A stretch of 64,000 bases of DNA from Escherichia coli (GCF_003334765.1 NZ_QOWT01000023.1); one strand, 5' to 3'. Shown: positions 44,101 through 52,551, counted from the stretch's first letter. The notes: generated from the sequence alone by a model not told the origin. A program made the numbers and translations.

Positions 44101-45630
44101 CTATAGTCTGTTTCGGTGATACTTCAGTATGTTTTGATGATCACAAATGAAAACTCCGGCATCGAATGCAGGAATATTTAGTTTTTTTGCCAGTTCGGAT
44201 GGTGTAATCGTGTTTCCTATATAAACAACCAGGTTATCATCAATCCTTATTTTCCTTTGTTCCGCCAGTATGTCAAGTGCTTCATCCAGAACACATTTTT
44301 TCCTGAGAGCATATGGGGCATATTGTAAAATATAACTTTTCTGGAATATGTAACCTGCTGTTGTGATAATTCTTTTCTGAAGCCATTTATCAAGTTTCTC
44401 AGCCGGGGATATTTCCCGAAGGGATTCAAGTTTATATATAAGATGCTTGAAATAAAATTCAATGAGATAAATGGCGCTATTAGTACTTTCCAGCGTTATT
44501 ACTGTCGAGTCTGGATCTTTCTCCAGTTCCAGAAGTGCTGCTATCCTGACAACCTGCTCTCTTTTTCTGACAATAATGTCTTCAAAAGTACCCATATGAG
44601 GATTCTGTCTGACAGTATCCATATTTTCTTTGTGAAAGCGCTCCAGTGCGCGGGATGCTGCATTTGATAATGTCATGCAGATGCGCTCTTTACTTTTTGC
44701 ACGTCTTTCTCTGGATGCTCTCAGAGAGTCTCTGATCTGACTGCCAAAACTTTTCTTACGAAAACAGCTTGCACATTGTTGCGTCACAACAGGAATGGCA
44801 GTATGCGGTTCTGTCGTCATTATTTTAATTGCTCCGGGTTCGCAAAATAGCAACCGGGCCAGAAAGCCATTGCCCCGGATCTGATCGCCAGTGAGAGTAA
44901 AAAACTTATTAAATATTACCGGTTGAGTCAGTATAAGTATAGTGAGACGGACATCATTCAGCCGGAATCCGGGTCTGGATGCTCGTTCAACGTTGACGGG
45001 TTGCCCACTCCATAATGTGTTGTACAGTGCCGATTTGCGTTCGAAACGCTTATCCAGAATAGTACCTCCTTCGTCAGACAGCAACAGAAGAGAGGGGGAC
45101 TGGCTGAGTTTCAAAGCTATCCCTTCTGGTGTCGCGTCATTAACGATGAGAACCTGTTGTGTGGGAGGTACGGGTTTATTTGCTATACACTTTTCAAGTG
45201 CTGCTCGTGCAGCAGCAGCATTTTCCGGGGATCTTTCCATTTCCTTTTTATATCTCCGCTCCAGTATTTTTTTATCTGTTGTCCACATCTCCATCATTCG
45301 GTCATAGTTTTTCTTATCGTCGATATATGCCTGATGTAGTTCTTCTTCTGTTTCATGAACAGGAGCGATTAATTTTGCACAGGCAGAGGTTTTTCCACTG
45401 CCTGATGCTGATGAAAGACACATAAATATCTGAAGGCTGGTACGCTGTCCTCCGGAAAGTTCAACTTCATGCGTATCCTGGACTGAGGCAGCCTTGACCG
45501 TCAGCATAACAGACAGCAGTATTTCACGGCTTATTCCCGTTTCTTCATGCATTTCATTAAGTAATGCCTGGCTCCTGTCAGGCAGTTTAGTTATGTCAAG
45601 TTCAGGGAGTGATAGTTTTGTCGTCATCAT
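44101..45630 (-). CDS. YfjI-like DUF3987 protein (putative P-loop helicase/replication protein)
   Basis: 509-aa ORF with Walker A-like SSASGSGKTS and Walker B-like LLLLSDEGG. It sits downstream of alpA and overlaps it, as in CP4-57 alpA-yfjI. Confidence 0.65.
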   Translation of the reverse strand: MMTTKLSLPELDITKLPDRSQALLNEMHEETGISREILLSVMLTVKAASVQDTHEVELSGGQRTSLQIFMCLSSASGSGKTSACAKLIAPVHETEEELHQAYIDDKKNYDRMMEMWTTDKKILERRYKKEMERSPENAAAARAALEKCIANKPVPPTQQVLIVNDATPEGIALKLSQSPSLLLLSDEGGTILDKRFERKSALYNTLWSGQPVNVERASRPGFRLNDVRLTILILTQPVIFNKFFTLTGDQIRGNGFLARLLFCEPGAIKIMTTEPHTAIPVVTQQCASCFRKKSFGSQIRDSLRASRERRAKSKERICMTLSNAASRALERFHKENMDTVRQNPHMGTFEDIIVRKREQVVRIAALLELEKDPDSTVITLESTNSAIYLIEFYFKHLIYKLESLREISPAEKLDKWLQKRIITTAGYIFQKSYILQYAPYALRKKCVLDEALDILAEQRKIRIDDNLVVYIGNTITPSELAKKLNIPAFDAGVFICDHQNILKYHRNRL

Positions 45631-45889
45631 TAAGTTCCTTTTGTTTGTTTTCAGGTTCAGACCAGGCTGGTGCCGTATGTAACGTCAGCCACTCATCGAT
45701 GGCAGATGCCCGCCAGCCAACGGATGCACTTCCAAGCCTTATCGGTTTGGGAAAGGTAGGGTCGTGGTATTTCGAGGCCGGATTTATTTTCACGTAAATC
45801 GTGGACCTGGATATACCCAGCAGCCGGGTAAGTTCAGCCATACGCAGGATGCGTGAAGGTGTGTCAAGCTGTCCGGTTTGATTTGACAT
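45602..45889 (-). CDS. alpA: AlpA-family (MerR-type HTH) excision/transcription regulator
   Basis: ILRMAELTRLLGISRSTIYVKINPASKYHDPTFPKPIRLGSASVGWRASAIDEWL is the AlpA/Phage_AlpA signature. The start is chosen at the ATG preceded by GGAGA (M7 of the ORF). The 3' end overlaps the next gene by 29 bp. Confidence 0.85.
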   Translation of the reverse strand: MSNQTGQLDTPSRILRMAELTRLLGISRSTIYVKINPASKYHDPTFPKPIRLGSASVGWRASAIDEWLTLHTAPAWSEPENKQKELNDDDKTITP

Positions 45890-45962
45890 ATTGTTCTCCA
45901 TATGCATTGCACGTTGTGGTATCAGTTTGATAGCTTAAGGTCGGAATGTCCCCTGCGATAAA

Positions 45963-47825
45963 ATGCAAACCAACCGGAGAGCACAGCATATGCGCACATT
46001 TACAAATCTGTTGTATGATATTTGTACTGTTCTGGGGTTGTTCAGGGAAGGCGAGAACCCGGCACACAAGCGGAAGAGCACTAATTTCGAAATGCATCAA
46101 AAATTCTGGGATCAACGTTACAATGCGATCAGTCGTATTATTGATGCTGAAGGGGTGTATAGTCAGGAGCAACGGCGGATCATATATGCCCGGTATGAAC
46201 ATTTTTATTACATGATGAATTCTTATCCAGTTCATTCCACACTAAAATCTGAATTCCTTCGCAGCTATTGTCTGCGCACTTTTGGGGTTATTTTTCTTGT
46301 TGTAGATATTTATAATACATACAGACCAGAGAATGACTCTGCTTTTTATTATCATATTTATAATTTTTTACAGAAGTCGTATTGTCCTTGTCTTGATCAC
46401 TCTGATACAGAAAGCGATGAAGCTGCTGTTAAACGTTATCTTCGGGAATATCTGGCAGAACTGGGATTCAACAAGGAAGATTTTCATGAAAATGGAAAGT
46501 TGTATGCTCTGGGGAAATATACAGGAACTATTCGGAGGGATAACGGGAAAAGCAAGAGTCTGATGAAACAATATATCATGTCTATCAAAAATGAATATAA
46601 AAAGGATTATCGGGAGAAGAAACTGGATAAGGATGAACTGGAGAAATTACTCAGGAATATTGATAAATTCTATAATGCATTTTATTCATTAAGTGTCTTA
46701 CTTGATATACAACGAAAGACGAAGATACTTCAAAGCCTTGCATATTATCTCAGAGTGTTGGTGAGAAAGGGGCTCTGGACTCATGGTTTATATGGTTACG
46801 CTGAGCAATATCTTTATGACTTTACCAGCTTGGATACAACGCCTTATGCAAAAAAATTACTGGAAATGTTTTATAAGTTTGAAAACAGTGCAGAAGGGAC
46901 ATTGGCTCGTTATAATGTATCACTTGATGATAAATCTCAGGAATATATTGCCCGTCTGAAAGATCTTGTATTTAATATTAATGAGAAGAATGGTTGTGAT
47001 GACGCATATCTGAAAATGATTATAAGTCATTTTGGGCAGTTGCAGAATGAGGCTGTTCATGTGACCAGCTGCTACGGAACACTTGCGGTGTACATTTGTC
47101 TGATAAGGAAAAATAAAATTAATGATGTGCTGCATCATTATGATGACATGGAAAGAAAAGGATTGTTTGCTGAATTACCTTCAGGATATATCAGGGGGGC
47201 ATTATCGTTGCTTCGGACAGCACTGGAGGTTAAAGTAAATAGAAAAAATATAAAGTATGGCTCGTTGTTTTATTGGCTTGACCATGTAAAAGCTCATCAG
47301 GATGCATTTATTGAATCAATACCACTTATTGATCCTGTATATAAGGAGGGTGAAATACAGTATGATGCGAACAATTTTACCCTGATGCGTGTTATTAAGA
47401 TGTATAATTGTATGCTTGAAAAGATCAGTACGAAACCATATATAGCTCCCCCATATATTACAGGTTTGCTTGATGACGTAGAGAAGGTGCTGGATAAGAT
47501 AAATATTCTGATAGATAAAGAGTATGTTTATGATGGTAAGACACTGGCTGAAGTCATTATAGAGAACAAAGTATTATCCAGTCGCGAGCGTAAAGATACT
47601 ATGATAGGGCTTTTCACAGGCAGTAAGAAATATACTTTACTGCAATGTGTTGAGAAGCTTGGTGTATTAGTTCACTACGTGAAATCACCGGTCGATGAAA
47701 TTAAAAATGTGATGATGTTGTATGGCGATAAGGCCGAAAACAGGAACAGACGCAGAATGATATATGATGCGTTAACCATTATTTGTGAGGATGATAACAG
47801 GGCTAAACACCCTGATCTGTCGTGA
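45963..47825 (+). CDS. hypothetical protein, AT-rich orphan (620 aa; likely start at 45990 preceded by GGAG)
   Basis: Long uninterrupted ORF in very AT-rich DNA, divergent from alpA. It is rich in K/Y/N/E/L and probably all-helical. I recognise no catalytic motif. Confidence 0.7.
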   Translation: MQTNRRAQHMRTFTNLLYDICTVLGLFREGENPAHKRKSTNFEMHQKFWDQRYNAISRIIDAEGVYSQEQRRIIYARYEHFYYMMNSYPVHSTLKSEFLRSYCLRTFGVIFLVVDIYNTYRPENDSAFYYHIYNFLQKSYCPCLDHSDTESDEAAVKRYLREYLAELGFNKEDFHENGKLYALGKYTGTIRRDNGKSKSLMKQYIMSIKNEYKKDYREKKLDKDELEKLLRNIDKFYNAFYSLSVLLDIQRKTKILQSLAYYLRVLVRKGLWTHGLYGYAEQYLYDFTSLDTTPYAKKLLEMFYKFENSAEGTLARYNVSLDDKSQEYIARLKDLVFNINEKNGCDDAYLKMIISHFGQLQNEAVHVTSCYGTLAVYICLIRKNKINDVLHHYDDMERKGLFAELPSGYIRGALSLLRTALEVKVNRKNIKYGSLFYWLDHVKAHQDAFIESIPLIDPVYKEGEIQYDANNFTLMRVIKMYNCMLEKISTKPYIAPPYITGLLDDVEKVLDKINILIDKEYVYDGKTLAEVIIENKVLSSRERKDTMIGLFTGSKKYTLLQCVEKLGVLVHYVKSPVDEIKNVMMLYGDKAENRNRRRMIYDALTIICEDDNRAKHPDLS

Positions 47826-47861
47826 ACTCATCTGAGTGTGTTTTGAGTCAATAATCTTTAT

Positions 47862-47908
47862 ATCCCCCTGCTAATTTTGCTAACCATTAGCAAAATTAGC
47901 AGGGGGAT
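47862..47908. other. perfect 21-bp-stem hairpin 3' of the 620-aa ORF
   Basis: ATCCCCCTGCTAATTTTGCTA-ACCAT-TAGCAAAATTAGCAGGGGGAT. No U-tract follows on the plus strand. Confidence 0.7.
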
Positions 47909-48184
47909 TATCTATGTCTGGCAAGAGAAAATTCTATAATAGTATGATTTCTTTGTTTATTTTGTTTTTCAATTAGAATGGTGTGTTTTTGTGATCTATG
48001 TCTAATTGTTTTGTATTCTTAGCGCCATCCCATTCATGGGCAGATGTACATACCGCCCCTATTAGATTGATGGGTTGCATGTTCATTGTATCTGTAAAAT
48101 ATGCCAGTTTTGACATTAATACATAATCTGTAATTCGGTGTAAGCTCTTGTCTGGTGAATTATGTTGCGTATTCCGCTCTATTC

Positions 48185-48247
48185 GATCACGGATTGGGCC
48201 AAATCATGATCGATTCGAATGCCAAACTGCGATCGATTCAGATGCCA
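48185..48247 (+). repeat. three direct iteron-like repeats at 23-bp phasing, each starting with GATC
   Basis: GATCACGGATTGGGCCA (48185), GATCGATTCGAATGCCA (48208) and GATCGATTCAGATGCCA (48231). Confidence 0.7.
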
Positions 48248-49200
48248 TTTTGCATTATGTTAGTGGCTTATTCTTCTTGTTCTTTTTTACAGGTTATGTA
48301 AGTGTGATTATCCTGATTACTGGTCACTCATTATATACTGAGTCGACAAAACAAATGAGTATTAACTGAAGTTTTTATACAGTGATCATCTGTCTGGTTA
48401 GGTTAGTTAGTTCTGGGAGAATCACATTTATTTCATATACCATGAATAATTAAGGTTAATTAGTATTATTAGTTGGAGTTATGGTATTGTGTGTCTGTGC
48501 CGTATTGTTTGTATATTTGTTGTATAACTTATCTCTTTACGTGGTAATGTCACTCCTCTTTATGCTAAGTATTCTGTATGTGTGTAATGCATATATCTCC
48601 ATACACTACGCAGTGAAGCATATGGGGGAAGCTGTATGGTGAATTATGTGTGTAATGTTGTCCTGTACGTACTTAACACTGGTTACGTATCGGAACACTA
48701 TTAGAGCGTGTTATGACTCCGTTACAGTTTATAGGTATAGGTAAATATGATCTTTTCTGTATGGAACAATCTTCTTATGGTGTGTGGGTATGTTCTGTAT
48801 ACCATTATTCTTTTATGCTAATGATTAAATACCCGTGGTCTCTCTCGGCTTTACTTAATGGTTCGACAATATTAATAGCGATGTTGCCTGTAGCTAGCCG
48901 ATACTGAGTTTTGTGAATGTCAGATTACTTCCTGTAAAGAATTTAGTGGTGCTTCCTGAAACTCAATTCTATGAGGTGTGTTTTTCCATTGTAATTCGTA
49001 CTGGTTCTCAGTTTAAGAGAGTCTCACTGTATTCTGAAGTATTACCTCATCACAGTAATGCGGTAATACAAAACAGTTTTATCAGGTTGTCTGTGCTGCT
49101 GGTTTACTTCGTTTATTAATGCCGTGGTACGGCGTTTCTCTACTCTCAGTATTTACGTAAGTCTCTCTTCCTGTGAGTTTTATAAAGTAAGGACTATAAA

Positions 49201-49764
49201 ATGTATAATGCCAATCCCAATTACAAAATGGATTTCATGATTCTGAAAGACGTGAATGAACACATGGATGGTATGTTTCAACGTTTTTCTAAACTGTTAC
49301 CTTTCAGAATTGATTTTGCTTACAGGAAAGACACGCCCAGTTTCGGTCATTCCTGTAAGCACAGTATGTGTATGGAAATATACCGTTTACTTTGCGAAAC
49401 CCAGACGATGTTGGCGGGATATTACTGGGTAATGGAATATACACCAGACAAAGGGCTTCATATTCATTTTGTCGGCTACCTGGATGGGCAACGTCACAAG
49501 AACTCTTATCAGATATCCAGGCAACTGGGAGATATCTGGAGGCGGATCACGGAAGGGGAGGGTTACTTTCACCTTTGCCGGGCTAAAGACAAATACCCGG
49601 TGCGTATCGATCACGTGATGCACTATAGTGATAAGTCCGCGGTAGACAACTTACGTTACGCCCTTAGCTATCTGGCTAAACAGGATCAGAAAGAACACGG
49701 TATTATTCTGGGCCGTAGCAGGCTTCCCGAAAAAAGCAACCGGGGCCGACCACGACATAACTGA
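49201..49764 (+). CDS. YfjJ/YagK-type (inovirus Gp2-like) protein with HUH-type motif
   Basis: 187-aa ORF. It shares the family pattern of K-12 YfjJ as I recall it: FRIDFAY (RVDLHF), YYWVMEYTPDKGLHIHFVGYLDG (YIWVREF...HYHMILLLN), and LSYLAKQDQK (ASYLAKEKTK). HIH forms an HUH triad. Confidence 0.7.
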   Translation: MYNANPNYKMDFMILKDVNEHMDGMFQRFSKLLPFRIDFAYRKDTPSFGHSCKHSMCMEIYRLLCETQTMLAGYYWVMEYTPDKGLHIHFVGYLDGQRHKNSYQISRQLGDIWRRITEGEGYFHLCRAKDKYPVRIDHVMHYSDKSAVDNLRYALSYLAKQDQKEHGIILGRSRLPEKSNRGRPRHN

Positions 49765-49840
49765 ATTACAGTTGTATTAGGTATTAGAATTAAGTTTCTG
49801 TAAGTTGTTGGGAGGTGCTTGAGTTAATAGGCAGAAGAGG

Positions 49841-52279
49841 GTGGGGCGCTTTGTCATCAGTGTAGGGGACCCGAATTTCTGCCGTGGTGCCTCAGTGGAT
49901 CGGATACAGGTAACGAATATGGTTCATAAATCTGACAGTGATGAATTAGCTGCATTGAGGGCAGAAAATGCCCGTCTGGTCTCATTACTTGAAGCTCATG
50001 GGATTGAATGGCGACGTAAACCGCCGATCTCTGTGCAGCGCGTTTCTGTATTATCCACCAATGAGAAGGTTGCATTATTTCGTCGGTTGTTTCGCGGGCG
50101 TGATGATGTATGGGCACTTAGATGGGAAAGTAAAACCAGCGGCAAATCAGGGTACTCTCCTGCCTGCGCTAACGAATGGCAGGCGAGAATATGCGGTAAG
50201 CCCCGGATAAAATGTGGGGACTGCGCTCACCGTCAGTTGATTCCTGTATCTGATCTCGTCATCTACTACCATCTGGCAGGTACCCATACTGCCGGGATGT
50301 ATCCGTTGCTGGAAGATGATTCCTGTTATTTTCTGGCTGTTGATTTTGATGAAGCTGAATGGCAGAAGGATGCATCCGCATTCATGCGATCCTGTGATGA
50401 GCTGGGTGTACCCGCTGCGCTGGAAATATCCCGTTCACGTCAGGGAGCGCATGTCTGGATATTTTTTGCTTCACGAGTTTCGGCCCGCGAAGCTCGCCGT
50501 CTGGGGACTGCTATTATTAGTTATACGTGTAATCGAACTCGACAGCTGCGATTGGGTTCTTATGACCGATTATTTCCTAATCAGGATACGATGCCAAAAG
50601 GGGGATTTGGTAATCTCATAGCATTACCTCTGCAAAAAAGACCGCGTGAATCGGGGGGAAGTGTTTTTGTTGATATGAATTTCCAGCCTTATTCTGATCA
50701 ATGGGCTTTTCTTGCATCGGTGATCCCGATGAATGTGCAGAATATTGAACCGACGATATTACGGGCTACAGGAAGTATCCATCCTCTGGATGTGAACTTT
50801 ATCAACGAAGAAGACCTGGGTACGCCATGGGAAGGGAAAAAATCATCAGGAAACAGACTGAATATTTCTATTGCAGAACCGCTGAAAATCACGCTGGCAA
50901 ACCAGATCTATTTCGAAAAAGCGCAATTACCTCAGGTGCTGATTAACCGACTTATTCGGCTGGCAGCATTTCCGAACCCTGAGTTTTATAAGGCTCAGGC
51001 AATGCGTATGTCAGTCTGGAATAAGCCCCGTGTTATAGGTTGTGCGGAGAATTACCCGCAACACATTGCGTTGCCCCAGGGATGTCTGGACAGCGTATTA
51101 TCTTTCCTTAGGGACAACAATATTGCTGCAGAATTAATCGATAAACGATTTGTCGGGACGGAATGTAATGCCGTTTTTATGGGAAACCTCAGAGCGGAGC
51201 AGGAAGAGGCCGTTTCGGCATTACTCCGTTATGACACTGGTGTGCTTTGTGCGCCAACGGCTTTTGGTAAGACAGTTACCGCAGCGGCAGTGATTGCCAG
51301 ACGGAAAGTGAATACACTGATACTGGTACACCGGACTGAATTGCTGAAGCAGTGGCAGGAGCGTCTCGAGGTGTTTCTGCAGGTTGGTGACAATATTGGT
51401 ATTATCGGGGGAGGTAAACATAAACCCTGTGGCAATATTGATATTGCGGTGGTGCAGTCCATATCCAGACACGGAGAAGTTGAACCTCTGGTCAGGAATT
51501 ATGGGCAAATCATTGTGGATGAGTGCCATCATATTGGCGCGGTTTCATTTTCTGCGATTCTGAAGGAAACGAATGCCAGATATCTGCTTGGCCTGACGGC
51601 AACACCAATCCGACGGGATGGTCTGCATCCCATTATTTTTATGTACTGTGGTGCCATTCGCCATACAGCGGTCCGCCCGAAGGAAAGCCCACATAATCTG
51701 GAGGTACTGACCCGTTCCCGTTTTACATCTGGTCATTTACCATCGGATGCGAGAATCCAGGATATTTTCAGAGAAATTGCTCTGGATCATGACAGAACGG
51801 TGGCGATAGCTGAAGAAGCCATGAAAGCTTTCGGGCAGGGGCGAAAAGTTCTGGTACTGACTGAACGTACAGATCATCTGGATGAGATAGCATCAGTGAT
51901 GAATTCACTGAAATTGTCCCCCTTTATTCTCCATGGACGACTATCGAAAAAAAAGCGTGCGATGCTGATATCCGGGCTGAATGCTCTTCCTCCTGATTCT
52001 CCCCGTATTTTGTTGTCAACAGGCAGACTTATTGGTGAGGGATTTGACCACCCTCCGCTGGATACGCTGATTCTTGCCATGCCTGTGTCATGGAAAGGGA
52101 CATTACAGCAGTATGCGGGACGTCTACACAGAGAGCATACCGGTAAAAGCGATGTCAGGATCATTGATTTTGTGGATACCGCGTATCCAGTGCTGCTCAG
52201 AATGTGGGATAAACGCCAGCGGGGTTATAAGGCGATGGGGTACAGGATTGTGGCTGATGGTGAAGGGCTTTCATTTTAA
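49841..52279 (+). CDS. archaeo-eukaryotic primase (AEP/PrimPol)-like domain fused to DEAD/DEAH-box SF2 helicase (probable start ATG 49919)
   Basis: The N-terminal half has AEP-like motifs: FLAVDFDE (DxD, 50342-50350), SRQGAHVWIFF (sGxH), and YDRLFPNQD...GGFGNLIALPL. The C-terminal half has Walker A APTAFGKTV, motif II IIVDECHH (51514-51531), LGLTATP, and motif VI QYAGRLHR. Confidence 0.8.
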   Translation: MGRFVISVGDPNFCRGASVDRIQVTNMVHKSDSDELAALRAENARLVSLLEAHGIEWRRKPPISVQRVSVLSTNEKVALFRRLFRGRDDVWALRWESKTSGKSGYSPACANEWQARICGKPRIKCGDCAHRQLIPVSDLVIYYHLAGTHTAGMYPLLEDDSCYFLAVDFDEAEWQKDASAFMRSCDELGVPAALEISRSRQGAHVWIFFASRVSAREARRLGTAIISYTCNRTRQLRLGSYDRLFPNQDTMPKGGFGNLIALPLQKRPRESGGSVFVDMNFQPYSDQWAFLASVIPMNVQNIEPTILRATGSIHPLDVNFINEEDLGTPWEGKKSSGNRLNISIAEPLKITLANQIYFEKAQLPQVLINRLIRLAAFPNPEFYKAQAMRMSVWNKPRVIGCAENYPQHIALPQGCLDSVLSFLRDNNIAAELIDKRFVGTECNAVFMGNLRAEQEEAVSALLRYDTGVLCAPTAFGKTVTAAAVIARRKVNTLILVHRTELLKQWQERLEVFLQVGDNIGIIGGGKHKPCGNIDIAVVQSISRHGEVEPLVRNYGQIIVDECHHIGAVSFSAILKETNARYLLGLTATPIRRDGLHPIIFMYCGAIRHTAVRPKESPHNLEVLTRSRFTSGHLPSDARIQDIFREIALDHDRTVAIAEEAMKAFGQGRKVLVLTERTDHLDEIASVMNSLKLSPFILHGRLSKKKRAMLISGLNALPPDSPRILLSTGRLIGEGFDHPPLDTLILAMPVSWKGTLQQYAGRLHREHTGKSDVRIIDFVDTAYPVLLRMWDKRQRGYKAMGYRIVADGEGLSF

Positions 52280-52296
52280 GGAGTACTTTACCCTTT

Positions 52297-52514
52297 TTAA
52301 ATAATTTGAGCTCCCCGGGTTGTTCGGGCAACAAAGAGTCCCAGTATACAGGCTTCAGGAATATGTTGTAGTATCAGGCTTTTCATCGCTTTAAAATGGC
52401 TACCGGCAGTAAGAACGTCATCAAAAATAACAATCCAGGGCCTGCATCCCTCCAGTAATTGTTCATTCAGTTGGTAGTTTGCCATAATCGCTTCTGGTGA
52501 GGGCCGGTTTGTTG
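52297..52514 (-). pseudogene. ComF-type phosphoribosyltransferase, C-terminal third only (5'-truncated by IS66-family end)
   Basis: The frame is open up to the IS terminus: ...PTNRPSPEAIMANYQLNEQLLEGCRPWIVIFDDVLTAGSHFKAMK... with the PRPP-binding loop VIFDDVLTAGSH. The roughly 150 N-terminal residues expected for this family are absent. Confidence 0.7.
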
Positions 52515-52551
52515 GTAAGCGTGCAGCAAGAACCGTATTGACGGGGATGTG

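Noticed and set aside
48148-49119. Three small plus-strand ORFs (48148-48369, 48713-48907, 48913-49119), some with hydrophobic stretches, considered as small membrane toxins.
   Set aside because: They have no Shine-Dalgarno sequences. The hydrophobicity follows from the T-rich composition, and the frames are not linked. They stay part of the non-coding-region finding rather than being called as genes.
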